From NCBI GenBank assembly GCA_004193545.1, contig RPGO01000033.1, positions 3,841-67,840 on the forward strand: DNA of 64,000 nt. The letters run 5' to 3'. This document shows positions 30,683 through 40,267 of this stretch, one piece after another. The stretch comes from Candidatus Argoarchaeum ethanivorans (GTDB lineage Archaea > Halobacteriota > Methanosarcinia > Methanosarcinales > EX4572-44). The notes beneath the pieces are model-generated. The model was not told where the DNA came from and searched no databases. It was given only the letters and a program-made list of their open reading frames with translations. Numbering within the stretch: the first letter of the stretch is position 1; every line of letters begins with the position of its first letter. A program made the translations under genes and the position numbers.

Positions 30683-30925
30683 CTACCTCTTTGTTTCTTT
30701 GAAATCCAATGTATCCAGAGGGTTTATAATCTTCCCTATAGTTTTATTGTTTACATGGACATATATCTCTGTTTTTTTGTAGTTCCATACGTGCCCAATT
30801 TCAGTGCCTTGACTGTTATTCAGATTAACTCCCAATTTCTTTGATTTACCACCCATTGAAGTACCTGATGGTGGTTTTGTTTTGTAGCGTGATACAATCC
30901 AGATACATGCAACGAGAATTCTCAA
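30683..30925 (-). CDS. hypothetical small protein upstream of the Shedu-like gene (possibly frameshifted)
   Basis: It is an 80-codon ORF. A further open frame (IWKKLDNTSKISILRNADILQKWNDMCNADINELSAINLLKMDC) continues to 4 nt before the Shedu-like ATG. Confidence 0.25.
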   Translation of the reverse strand: MRILVACIWIVSRYKTKPPSGTSMGGKSKKLGVNLNNSQGTEIGHVWNYKKTEIYVHVNNKTIGKIINPLDTLDFKETKR

Positions 30926-30937
30926 AGGCCCGCAGTT

Positions 30938-31873
30938 TTACCAACGAAGCTGTGTTGCAGCGTCCTCCGGTGATACCGGGTTAATATAAATATTGGTATT
31001 CTCTTCAAAGCCACCAGTAACTGAAAGTTTTGGAAATACTTTCAGATGAAAGTGGTACCTCTTATCAGTGCACTGGAAAAACGCATAGTTATAGGCAAAC
31101 CCCCCAAACAACGCATGCATTCTCGAGAGGACATTACGAAGCATAAAAGCAAGACCGGATACATCAGATAACTTGCTCATGTCTGGGAAATGCTCTTTTG
31201 GCATAATCCACACCTCGAATGGATATTTTGAGAAATAAGGTGCAAAAGCAATCCAGTCGTTCTGCATTAGAATAAGACGCTTCGATATCGACTCTCGCTG
31301 AATAATGTCACAAAATGGACAGGTTTCTGTTTCCATCTCTTTTTTAATGATTGGTGGAATAAGAGGCAGTGCTATCAACTGTGAGTGGCTGTGAGCTATT
31401 GAAGCACCAGCAGAACTTCCATAGTTTTTAAATAATGATACGAATTTTATGCCATCTTTGTTGATGTAGAAGGTGTACCTGTCAGCATATATGCGGATTA
31501 ATCTGGTTATCTCTTCATCCAGGAACATTGAAGGTTCATAATCATGTTCTGGTGTTTCAATGATTACTTCATGAAAACCAAAACCTTCTGCAAGTTGGTC
31601 ACTGCTGCTTTTCTTGGGAGAGAGTGCAGGATACATGTTTGGAATACAGCGCACATTCCAGTCGCGTACCACACCACCTTCATCAGATGTAACTCCCGCG
31701 GGGGTGTACACTGCTGTTGCAGGTGGTGTTTTTTCCTCGTTTCCCTTGCAAAAAATGCACTTCTTGCTATTTGAAGCTTCATCGGTTTTTTTGAAGTCTG
31801 ATGGTCGAAAACCTCGATTTGGCGCAATGATGCAGTACTCATCAAGAAAATAATGCTTTCGTATCTCAGACAT
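30938..31873 (-). CDS. GalT-type HIT-family nucleotidyltransferase (galactose-1-phosphate uridylyltransferase-like)
   Basis: It has a Cys-rich zinc site CIFCKG and the active-site motif HSHSQLIALP. Confidence 0.7.
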   Translation of the reverse strand: MSEIRKHYFLDEYCIIAPNRGFRPSDFKKTDEASNSKKCIFCKGNEEKTPPATAVYTPAGVTSDEGGVVRDWNVRCIPNMYPALSPKKSSSDQLAEGFGFHEVIIETPEHDYEPSMFLDEEITRLIRIYADRYTFYINKDGIKFVSLFKNYGSSAGASIAHSHSQLIALPLIPPIIKKEMETETCPFCDIIQRESISKRLILMQNDWIAFAPYFSKYPFEVWIMPKEHFPDMSKLSDVSGLAFMLRNVLSRMHALFGGFAYNYAFFQCTDKRYHFHLKVFPKLSVTGGFEENTNIYINPVSPEDAATQLRW

Positions 31874-31997
31874 GTCAAATCACATCTTATTCTATTATAA
31901 ATTTATTTGTTTTGCTACACTTGATTGCTGCGCAGCTACAACCTTGCCACACCCGGGATAAATTGCGGGACATCCCTGACAGTTGGACGAGACCTTA

Positions 31998-32291
31998 TTA
32001 TTTCCTTATAGATTCTCTTGCTCTATACTCTGCTTCCGCTTCTTTCTTTTCAAGTGCTTTCTCTATCCAGCGGACAGCATTTAAGTAATGTACTGTTATT
32101 CCAATTCCCCAACCTAAAAGAGGATAAAAAAACCAAATGGCCTCTGGAGAGTATATGAAATTAATAGCTATCAACATAGCGTTAACAAACACATACGCTA
32201 CTAGATGAATTAGAAAGTCCCTTTTCTCCTTCTCTGCATTCATTTCCCTGTATGCTTTTTTGTATTCCTCTAATGATATTTCTTCTGCCAT
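31998..32291 (-). CDS. 2TM-domain small membrane protein
   Basis: It is 97 aa with two adjacent TM helices (FLIHLVAYVFVNAMLIAINFIY / FFYPLLGWGIGITVHYL) flanked by charged helices. Confidence 0.6.
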   Translation of the reverse strand: MAEEISLEEYKKAYREMNAEKEKRDFLIHLVAYVFVNAMLIAINFIYSPEAIWFFYPLLGWGIGITVHYLNAVRWIEKALEKKEAEAEYRARESIRK

Positions 32292-32327
32292 ATTTTTTTA
32301 CCTCTGTACATAAGTCACTATACCCAT

Positions 32328-33287
32328 TCATTCATCTCTTGTAATCATCTTTTCGCTCCCACAGTTTGGGCAAAAAGGAGTTAAAATCGATCTCATTTTA
32401 CCACATTCTTGGCATTTATCAGCTAATTTTTTTCCACAATTTTGACAATAAGGCATATCATATCTGATAGGAAAAGTGCACCTTGGGCATTTATTTTCCT
32501 TTAGTCTAGACATGGAAATACGCTCAAGGCTGAAGAATTGCTTTTTGAGGTATGCAAGCGAGATGGCACATGCAACTACCCCTAAAATGGATATACCGAC
32601 CACATGGACCACTTCCCATACGTTCACGACAATCATGTATATCAATAACAGAGATGCAAATGCCATGAATGCATTAGCGTGGATAGTGTACTTGCTTTTC
32701 ACTTTCTTAGTCTTTAAAAACGTAACAATGGCAACTGCCAATAGGGGCAAAACAAAAGCTAACCTTACTGCCAAAACTTTCAAGCTATATATCTGGTGAG
32801 CAGTATTGTATTCGTCCCGCGCTAAATTACGAGCAGTAGATACTTTCCCCCTCTTTTGATCTAATCTCTCATCGATCTCATCGTAAATAGCTTGTTTCTC
32901 ATTAAGTTTTACTTGAGATTCCTCGTATCTTTCTCTTGCCTCTTCATATTTTCTTTCTTTTACTTCATCCGCCTCTCCTTTATCAAGTATTACCCTGTAT
33001 TCCTCTCTTTTAAACAGGTAGTTTTCTTTAGCACTAAGATATTGATCATTAGCCTTTGCCAAGGCATCACTGGCAATTCTTAACTCTGTATTAATGCTTC
33101 TTTCCACATTTTCCAACTTATAAACACCATATTTTTCATAATAAACGTTTATCTGAGGTATTTTAGGAATATCTTCTAACTCGCTAAGGACATTTATTCC
33201 TCCTATTAGAAGGAAAACAACCATAGCGGAAGCGAGTATTTTTTCGCCCCTTGTAGCCTCCAATTTTTCATCCTCATATTCTGACAT
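32328..33287 (-). CDS. membrane protein with a long coiled-coil and a C-terminal double zinc-ribbon
   Basis: It has an N-terminal TM helix, a charged coiled-coil and three TM helices. The C-terminus is CPRC..(10)..CQNCG...CQECG....CPNCG. AGGAGG precedes the ATG. Confidence 0.6.
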   Translation of the reverse strand: MSEYEDEKLEATRGEKILASAMVVFLLIGGINVLSELEDIPKIPQINVYYEKYGVYKLENVERSINTELRIASDALAKANDQYLSAKENYLFKREEYRVILDKGEADEVKERKYEEARERYEESQVKLNEKQAIYDEIDERLDQKRGKVSTARNLARDEYNTAHQIYSLKVLAVRLAFVLPLLAVAIVTFLKTKKVKSKYTIHANAFMAFASLLLIYMIVVNVWEVVHVVGISILGVVACAISLAYLKKQFFSLERISMSRLKENKCPRCTFPIRYDMPYCQNCGKKLADKCQECGKMRSILTPFCPNCGSEKMITRDE

Positions 33288-33302
33288 TATATTCCTCCTG
33301 AA

Positions 33303-33365
33303 AAGTCACTATACCCCATACTTATAAGTACAGAGCTTGTTAGTGATTTCTTCTTATAAACATTT
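33303..33365 (-). repeat. 63-bp conserved element (copy b)
   Basis: Its reverse complement aligns with 7743-7805 (about 85% identity, two 1-nt indels). It ends GGGGTATAGTGACTT, 15 nt before ATG 33287. Confidence 0.8.
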
Positions 33366-33623
33366 TGGTTTTACAGTTATAAAATATTTTGGTAAATATT
33401 TATATAAATCTGACTCTGTAAGAACCAAAAACAGTGTGTTTATTGTGCTGCATTCTTCCCGCCGCTTCATGCAGAACTAATCCAGTGATTTATCACCGCG
33501 GAGAGTGCAGAGGATGCAGAGTTTTAAAGACCGTTCCAATCCTCGCTCTGGTTTTCTAACGGCTCTCTCGTTCTCAGCGTGCTCTGCGGTAATATTTAAG
33601 GATATAGTGATAACACTCGGATT

Positions 33624-34145
33624 TTACTGTTGTTTCAAGTTTTTATGTTTTCTCTCTAAAAAGTTATACACCGTCCCATGTGGAGAGCCATTAATTAACA
33701 TTTCAATGCCTGTGCGTACTACTCGATTTTGTTCAGGGTAACCGATAATGCTTACTGTTTTGCCATAGATCGAAATGCTGCTTCCAGTCATTACTTCAAG
33801 ATACTCCCGCATTTTTCCGCCGGCACCGATGATACGACCATTGACACGCTTTATGTCTTTTTCACTGGATGCATACTCAGATATATCGATTATCTCAAAG
33901 ACCAGTGCTTCATCATTAGAAAGACGCATGGCTTTTTCCGGATTAAAACCCCTGCCTATTGCAAGCACAATTTCCCTTGTACGCAAAGCCATCAATGGGT
34001 CTGCATGACTAATCTCCACCGTGCCGGTGCTGCTGCTTATCTGAAGCTCACATCCTGTTTTCTCTTCGATCGCTCTTTTAACTGCTGCCTGTGGTCCAAT
34101 GAGAACTCCAATTCTCTCGTGCGGTATCATAACATATTGCATCAT
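33624..34145 (-). CDS. KH-domain RNA-binding protein (archaeal Dim2/Pno1-like)
   Basis: It has two KH modules (IGVLIGPQAAVKRAIE; GRIIGAGGKMREYLE). It sits in the conserved aIF1A-Rio1-KH neighbourhood. Confidence 0.8.
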   Translation of the reverse strand: MMQYVMIPHERIGVLIGPQAAVKRAIEEKTGCELQISSSTGTVEISHADPLMALRTREIVLAIGRGFNPEKAMRLSNDEALVFEIIDISEYASSEKDIKRVNGRIIGAGGKMREYLEVMTGSSISIYGKTVSIIGYPEQNRVVRTGIEMLINGSPHGTVYNFLERKHKNLKQQ

Positions 34146-34205
34146 TATATTATCCCTGTGTCGTTATTGTCTCTGCAAAGACTGCGTAATCGAGATTTAT
34201 TGTCT

Positions 34206-34226
34206 CTGTAAAGCGCAGCTTTACAG
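34206..34226. repeat. hairpin repeat
   Basis: CTGTAAAGC-gca-GCTTTACAG preceded by ATTTATTGTCT. Confidence 0.8.
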
Positions 34227-34243
34227 GTGTATAGATGATCATA

Positions 34244-35020
34244 TTACCCCCGCGTTATAGTCGTCATAATTTGTTCATCAGTAGCATTCACACCACGTTT
34301 TTTAAAAAACCTGGCGATATTACTAACATCGCGTTTTAAAAATTGTTCAGACATTGGATGAGAACGCAGCACTCCCTGTCCAATATCAATAATCACTGGA
34401 GTTGCACCCTCCTCGATAAGTATATTGTATTCACTTAAATCGCTGTGAACCATATCAGCATCACAGTACATGATTCTCATATATTCGACAATTTGCTCAA
34501 ACACGTGCTTTGTATCTTCCAATTCCATTTTCACATTTCGAAGTTGTGGGGATGGAATGCTATTCTGCCCAATAAACTCCATGATCAGCACATTTCTTTC
34601 AATAACAAACGGCTGTGGAACCCTTACCCCGGCATCACGTACTCGCTTAAGGTTCTGAAACTCTTTTTTTGCCAGTGTTAAAACAATATTTTTCCTGTCA
34701 TGTCTTACATTCTCAAATCGGTGATCGCCAAGAATGTACTCCTGCACTGCTTTAAAATTGCTCGAGGATATTCTATATATTTTAATAGCAACATCTTTAT
34801 CGTTTTTTCCTATAGCATCAAACACGTTTGCCTCTTTGCCTGTGCTGATTGACCCACCAAATGCCTTGATATAGCCGCGATTTGAAAGATAATAAAGCGT
34901 TTTTAACGTTGCATCATCAAAAACATTTTCAGCTACCTGGTGATTATCTGAATCCTTGTGCTTAATCCGTAGTTTATCCAGTTTAGCTTCTATTTTCAAA
35001 ATTTTTTTATCGGGGCGCAT
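34244..35020 (-). CDS. rio1: RIO-type serine/threonine protein kinase
   Basis: It has a RIO domain: STGKEANVF, a kinase catalytic loop HSDLSEYNIL, and IDIGQ. Confidence 0.9.
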   Translation of the reverse strand: MRPDKKILKIEAKLDKLRIKHKDSDNHQVAENVFDDATLKTLYYLSNRGYIKAFGGSISTGKEANVFDAIGKNDKDVAIKIYRISSSNFKAVQEYILGDHRFENVRHDRKNIVLTLAKKEFQNLKRVRDAGVRVPQPFVIERNVLIMEFIGQNSIPSPQLRNVKMELEDTKHVFEQIVEYMRIMYCDADMVHSDLSEYNILIEEGATPVIIDIGQGVLRSHPMSEQFLKRDVSNIARFFKKRGVNATDEQIMTTITRG

Positions 35021-35162
35021 AACATTGTGTTTTGTGATTAAATTAATGTATCAAATCAATACAGAAACAGAAATGGTATTTTATCTGTGTTAATCTTCTC
35101 GTAATCTTGTGGCTCTACACAAATACCTGAAGTTATATACATTATTTCTCAACATGCCTTTA

Positions 35163-35378
35163 TCACTCTCTAAGATAGCCGCGTCTTTCGAGCCATTCCG
35201 CATGCATTCTTTCATATCGCCATTTTATGTCTGCTTTTTCATTTTGAAATGGCCATGGTACAAGTATGACTACGTCGCCCACCCTGATCCATGTGCGTTT
35301 TTTCATTTTACCAGGTATTCGTCCAATACGGACAACCCCATCCATGCATCGCACTCTTATTCGATTAGCACCGAGCAT
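35163..35378 (-). CDS. eif1a: translation initiation factor aIF-1A (annotated from the first ATG; homology extends upstream to about 35504)
   Basis: The ORF reads MLGANRIRVRCMDGVVRIGRIPGKMKKRTWIRVGDVVILVPW.FQ..KADI.WRY. The upstream in-frame sequence DEVIRVRTPNEKEREVLGIVET is also aIF-1A-like but has no canonical start. Confidence 0.8.
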   Translation of the reverse strand: MLGANRIRVRCMDGVVRIGRIPGKMKKRTWIRVGDVVILVPWPFQNEKADIKWRYERMHAEWLERRGYLRE

Positions 35379-35541
35379 GGTTTCTACAATGCCAAGAACT
35401 TCCCTCTCTTTTTCGTTGGGTGTTCTTACTCTAATAACTTCATCAGTTGGTTTGTTGTTTTTATTACTTTTTTTATATTTCAGTTTAACACCTCTAAATA
35501 TAAACTACTATTGTTCTGGTGGTTATTTATCTTTTTTTAAT

Positions 35542-35982
35542 CTATTGGAAAGTATAATTTTTCCTGTACTGCCGGTTAGCACTCAACTGAACATTATACT
35601 GCAATCTATCGATGTAACTATCCAGTCCTTCAACATCTTTTATGTCTTTTCTAACAAGACTGCTCAGCAGTCGGTGAAACCGCATATTTGGCACAACCCC
35701 AAAAGACAGCAGATGCTGCATGAGTTTCTTTGCAAGTTTTTCACCTGCTTTGTCCCAGTCTGTCAATATTATAATCTCACTATTCATTTGCGAGAGTTTC
35801 TCTGAGAAACTGAAAACAGGGTCGTACGTTGCAAATACAATCCTTCCAGTAACGCCAAGCTTTCTAAGCGTGTGCTCATCCCTGCGACCTTCAACCACCA
35901 CCACCACTGCACCATCAAGTGAGGATACTCCAAGTTCTTTTATCAGCTCTTTCACTCGCTCGAGTCGTTTCTCTTTATCCAT
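35542..35982 (-). CDS. small Toprim-domain protein
   Basis: It reads VVVVEGRRDE..L..LG and ILTDWDKAGEKL (Toprim E and DxD). It overlaps the upstream gene by 8 nt. Confidence 0.7.
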   Translation of the reverse strand: MDKEKRLERVKELIKELGVSSLDGAVVVVVEGRRDEHTLRKLGVTGRIVFATYDPVFSFSEKLSQMNSEIIILTDWDKAGEKLAKKLMQHLLSFGVVPNMRFHRLLSSLVRKDIKDVEGLDSYIDRLQYNVQLSANRQYRKNYTFQ

Positions 35983-36292
35983 CGTGTAATTTATCCTCTA
36001 CTATTCTTAAAACTTTGTCAATGCTGATATCATCGATTTTAATGCTTTTTTTGCTCGCTGTACTGCCAGAACAAATAGATACTTTTTGCACTGGAACGTT
36101 AAACAAAGTGGAAAACTCGACCATTAGCTCTTTATTTGCCAATCCCTTCTGCGGAACAGAACTAACGCGCACTTCTATTCGCTTTCGCCATTGGTTGTAG
36201 CCCTGTATCTGGAAAAACTTTGCACCAGCATTAACATCCACATCGATGCACACGCCATCAGGAAGTGTGTGAAGAGCATTCGAAAGGCTCAA
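35975..36292 (-). CDS. DUF167 (YggU-like) family protein
   Basis: It is about 105 aa with V.V...A.........R..V.V...P..G.AN.EL..F.. and SGSTASKKSIKI. Confidence 0.6.
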   Translation of the reverse strand: MSLSNALHTLPDGVCIDVDVNAGAKFFQIQGYNQWRKRIEVRVSSVPQKGLANKELMVEFSTLFNVPVQKVSICSGSTASKKSIKIDDISIDKVLRIVEDKLHDG

Positions 36293-36294
36293 TC

Positions 36295-36504
36295 TTAACC
36301 ACCTGATGCAATCACAAGGATTGTTATCTCACCATCAGGTAAGACAATTTTATCAAATGGCTGTGGAGCATCGTTCTGGAGCACCACAACGGTTTCGGGA
36401 TTGATATCAAATCTTTCTAAAACATCATCATACGTGCTGGATTCATCCACTGTAATGCATTCTCGCTGGACCACATTTGTACATATACTAACAGTTATTT
36501 CCAA
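36295..36504 (-). CDS. ubiquitin-like small modifier / sulfur carrier (MoaD/ThiS/SAMP family)
   Basis: It is 69 aa ending in the diglycine ..VIASGG. The beta-grasp-sized size fits. Confidence 0.65.
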   Translation of the reverse strand: MEITVSICTNVVQRECITVDESSTYDDVLERFDINPETVVVLQNDAPQPFDKIVLPDGEITILVIASGG

Positions 36505-36510
36505 TGTATT

Positions 36511-36651
36511 TCAATCCTCTTCCGGGAGTTCTTCTAATTCACCTGTTGGAGCAACAAGGTCATCAAGGTTTTCCTCAATCAGTTTATCTTCGATGCCTTG
36601 CTGTTTTTTTACACCTTTTCTTTCCACGTCTCTTCGTTTGAAATTCGACAT
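36511..36651 (-). CDS. hypothetical 46-aa acidic protein (not in the ORF track)
   Basis: ATG at 36651 gives MSNFKRRDVERKGVKKQQGIEDKLIEENLDDLVAPTGELEELPEED. It ends 6 nt before the SAMP-like gene start. Confidence 0.3.
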   Translation of the reverse strand: MSNFKRRDVERKGVKKQQGIEDKLIEENLDDLVAPTGELEELPEED

Positions 36652-36807
36652 AATTATTCCCACTCCACACATCAGTCTTATATGCTATAAACATTAGTGT
36701 CTGAAGATTGGTTTATAACCAGTAATAAAAGTTTTATATGTTAAGTATAATCAGTTCACAAAGAAAAGTTTTATATTAAATGTATAAATAAGTTGTAAAG
36801 AAATGAT

Positions 36808-37224
36808 ATGGTGATAAAAATGAAAATTAGAGTTGTAAGTTCAAAAGATGAAATAGCATCCCTTAACCCGGGAGAGTCCATAATCCACCTGACATTCAGG
36901 CCATCAAACAAGGATATATTCAACCTGGTTAAAAACTGTGCAGACCTTAAAGCAATTCATATACCCAGTTCCTACAAAAAAACAATCTCAGAAGCCACTG
37001 AAATATTTTTATCAATGCAAGGAATCGAATTGTTGGAAGGGGATGTTTGGGGGCATCGAAAAGACATAAACGAGTATTCAGAAATAGGATCGGGAATACA
37101 CGACAGAATTGATGCACTAAAAAGCGATGGGCTTTCAGATGAAGCTATAGCAGAACGAATAAACAAAGAATCCAGAATCAGTAAAGACCTTGTAAAATAT
37201 ATTCTTGAAGAACAAAAGAAGTAG
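36808..37224 (+). CDS. conserved hypothetical protein (possibly DUF1699-like)
   Basis: It is a 138-codon ORF with good coding character. The family assignment is from memory only. Confidence 0.5.
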   Translation: MVIKMKIRVVSSKDEIASLNPGESIIHLTFRPSNKDIFNLVKNCADLKAIHIPSSYKKTISEATEIFLSMQGIELLEGDVWGHRKDINEYSEIGSGIHDRIDALKSDGLSDEAIAERINKESRISKDLVKYILEEQKK

Positions 37225-37327
37225 CCAAGGAGCCGCACACAAATTCTAAGTCCCTAAGCATCACAAGGTTACACAGGGCTAATAATAATTTATCAAAAAA
37301 TTAAGTTTAAGACAGGAGTTGACTACT

Positions 37328-37594
37328 CTATCCGATTAGTATCTCCATTGATGAGACATTGGATTCGCCTCTATCAGATTCTATTTTTTCTGTAGAAATG
37401 CGTATGTCTTTAACTTCTACATTTGGCAAAAATCTATTTCTTGAAACCTCTGCAACATCAACAGCTCTTGATATTGCACGTCCTCTTGCTTTAATCGTTA
37501 CTTCGCTTGCACCGTTGTTAAACTGTGTAACAACTGCCAAGACATAGTTCATTACTGGTTTATTTCCGATATATACTACGTCATCATCTGTCAT
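37328..37594 (-). CDS. albA: DNA/RNA-binding protein Alba
   Basis: The start is taken at [25 protein letters not shown]. It contains [15 protein letters not shown]. Confidence 0.9.
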   Translation of the reverse strand: MTDDDVVYIGNKPVMNYVLAVVTQFNNGASEVTIKARGRAISRAVDVAEVSRNRFLPNVEVKDIRISTEKIESDRGESNVSSMEILIG

Positions 37595-38092
37595 GTTTGT
37601 TACCTCTATTGTGTTAAAGATCAACAGTAACTTACACAACGATGGTACATATATCTTTTTATCGTTTTTACATTTCATTATGAGGCTGTCAAATTACCCC
37701 GTGAATTTCGTGTTTCTAATTTGATGGTTATCTGTTCTGTTAGGGTTTCTTTGCTTTTGTCTCCTGTTTAGTTTGATTAAGAGCCAACAGGACCAATTTC
37801 ACCTCCGTAATGCTTACACAATAATAATGATTGAGTATCGTGCCAATATCCCATTTATCTGGTGGAAATCTTTCAATTTTGGTAGGGAATTCTTTGACTG
37901 TAGTTAATCTTCGTATCAACTTCGTTGTGCAAAAAAAACAACAAACCCGGTAACCCTTTAATTTAATTATTATAATTTCAGCTCCGCTGCAGTTGGGACA
38001 AAAGGAGTATAGTCAGATGGAACTTTTAGATTTTGAATAAGACCGGATAATGTTTTATTTCCGGCACGGAACATGCCCCGCGGCACTTTGAC

Positions 38093-38113
38093 CTCGATTG
38101 CGAAGCAATCGAG
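38093..38113. repeat. hairpin repeat
   Basis: CTCGATTGC-gaa-GCAATCGAG. Confidence 0.85.
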
Positions 38114-38683
38114 TGCAATAGGTACCATATATTTTGTTTCCAGTAGCAAGAGTGAACACGCTTCCAAACCGAACCATGAAATCATGAAAGAGGGTATTTG
38201 CTATAGTACTGTGTGGCTTTCACAAAAACAACCACAACTTGCCCGGGCGTGTTTGATACTTCCACCTCGTTTTATACACGGTGTACCAGTGGGATGGAAC
38301 CGATTTTCCATTATTACAAACAAGCATTGGATATTCGAGTAGTGAACACACACAACTTCCTGATCTTGCACCACTTCAATTGTTTGTGTATGCCACCAGC
38401 TGAAATACTGATTGTATCGATAGTTTGTTATGGATAGCCTCTTATCCAGATACTTGTGTAGTGTTTTTACAATAGTTATTCACCATCAAAGCTCAATGTT
38501 ATCACAATCTTTATGTATTATAAAGTCAACAATAACTTGCCGTCTTCCTGCTGGAGGACGCGATCTACAGGAGACTTAAGAGATGAATCGAAGCAAAGGA
38601 ATAGTGGCAAGTGTCTCACACACTTGTAATGATGCTGGTTCAATCAGCGTCTGCAGGCGATATGGGCAGAACATAAGAATTAA

Positions 38684-39517
<834 letters not shown>

Positions 39518-39525
39518 GTGATCTC

Positions 39526-39843
39526 ATGCAGATGATAAGAGCAATCATACGACCTGAAAAAGTGGACGAAGTAGTGGATGAACTGGATTCCAAAGGATTT
39601 CCAGCATTCACGAAAATCGATGTTTTCGGCAGGGGCAAGCAGAAAGGGATACAAATCGGACCGGTTGTTTATGATGAACTGGCAAAGGTGATGTTGATGA
39701 TAGCTGTCGATGACGAGGATGTTGGTACTGTCATCAAAATCATCGAAGACTCTGCGCGGACAGGAAGTTTCGGCGATGGCAAAATCTTTGTAAGCCCGAT
39801 CGATGAAGCCTACACCATCCGTACCGGGGAGCAGGGATTATGA
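39526..39843 (+). CDS. nifI1: nitrogenase-associated P-II protein NifI1
   Basis: It is a 105-aa P-II fold lying between nifH and nifD. Confidence 0.85.
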   Translation: MQMIRAIIRPEKVDEVVDELDSKGFPAFTKIDVFGRGKQKGIQIGPVVYDELAKVMLMIAVDDEDVGTVIKIIEDSARTGSFGDGKIFVSPIDEAYTIRTGEQGL

Positions 39844-40196
39844 GAGAAGTAATCGCCCTGATCCGAATGAATAAGATACAGCGAACCAAAGAGGCTCTGG
39901 CAGAGGCTGGATATCCCTGCCTCACTGCCACCCTCGCTTATGGTCGCGGCAAGCAGAGAGGACTCTACATAACCCCTCTTGGAAACGTTAAACCCGATTC
40001 AAAGAGAGCAGCTATACGATTTATCCCAAAGAGGATGCTAAACATTGTGGTTGACAACGAATCTATCCCGGAAGTGGTTGAGACGATCATGCAGGTCAAC
40101 CGGACAGGAATGATCGGCGATGGAAGGATCTTTGTCTGCCCGATAGAAGATGCAGTCCGTATCCGTACAGGGGAACGAGGCGATGAGGCATTATAA
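39840..40196 (+). CDS. nifI2: nitrogenase-associated P-II protein NifI2
   Basis: It is a 118-aa P-II fold with an extended T-loop. It overlaps nifI1 by 4 nt. Confidence 0.85.
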   Translation: MREVIALIRMNKIQRTKEALAEAGYPCLTATLAYGRGKQRGLYITPLGNVKPDSKRAAIRFIPKRMLNIVVDNESIPEVVETIMQVNRTGMIGDGRIFVCPIEDAVRIRTGERGDEAL

Positions 40197-40267
40197 GCAT
40201 TTGTTCGGTGAACCACACGTCTTGTGTAATCTCGTGATTTTATGCAATGATAGAATAGGAGGAAGCA

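Noticed and set aside
37970-38437. Small ORFs between Alba and nifH (37970-38185 -, 38073-38342 +, 38213-38437 +), plus an unlisted open frame reading ..YLDKRLSITNYRYNQYFSWWHTQTIEVV..CGCFCES
   Set aside because: No start codon exists for the longest frame. A hairpin repeat (38093-38113) sits inside the ORFs and there are no family signatures. This is possibly a decayed gene, but it is unsupported.
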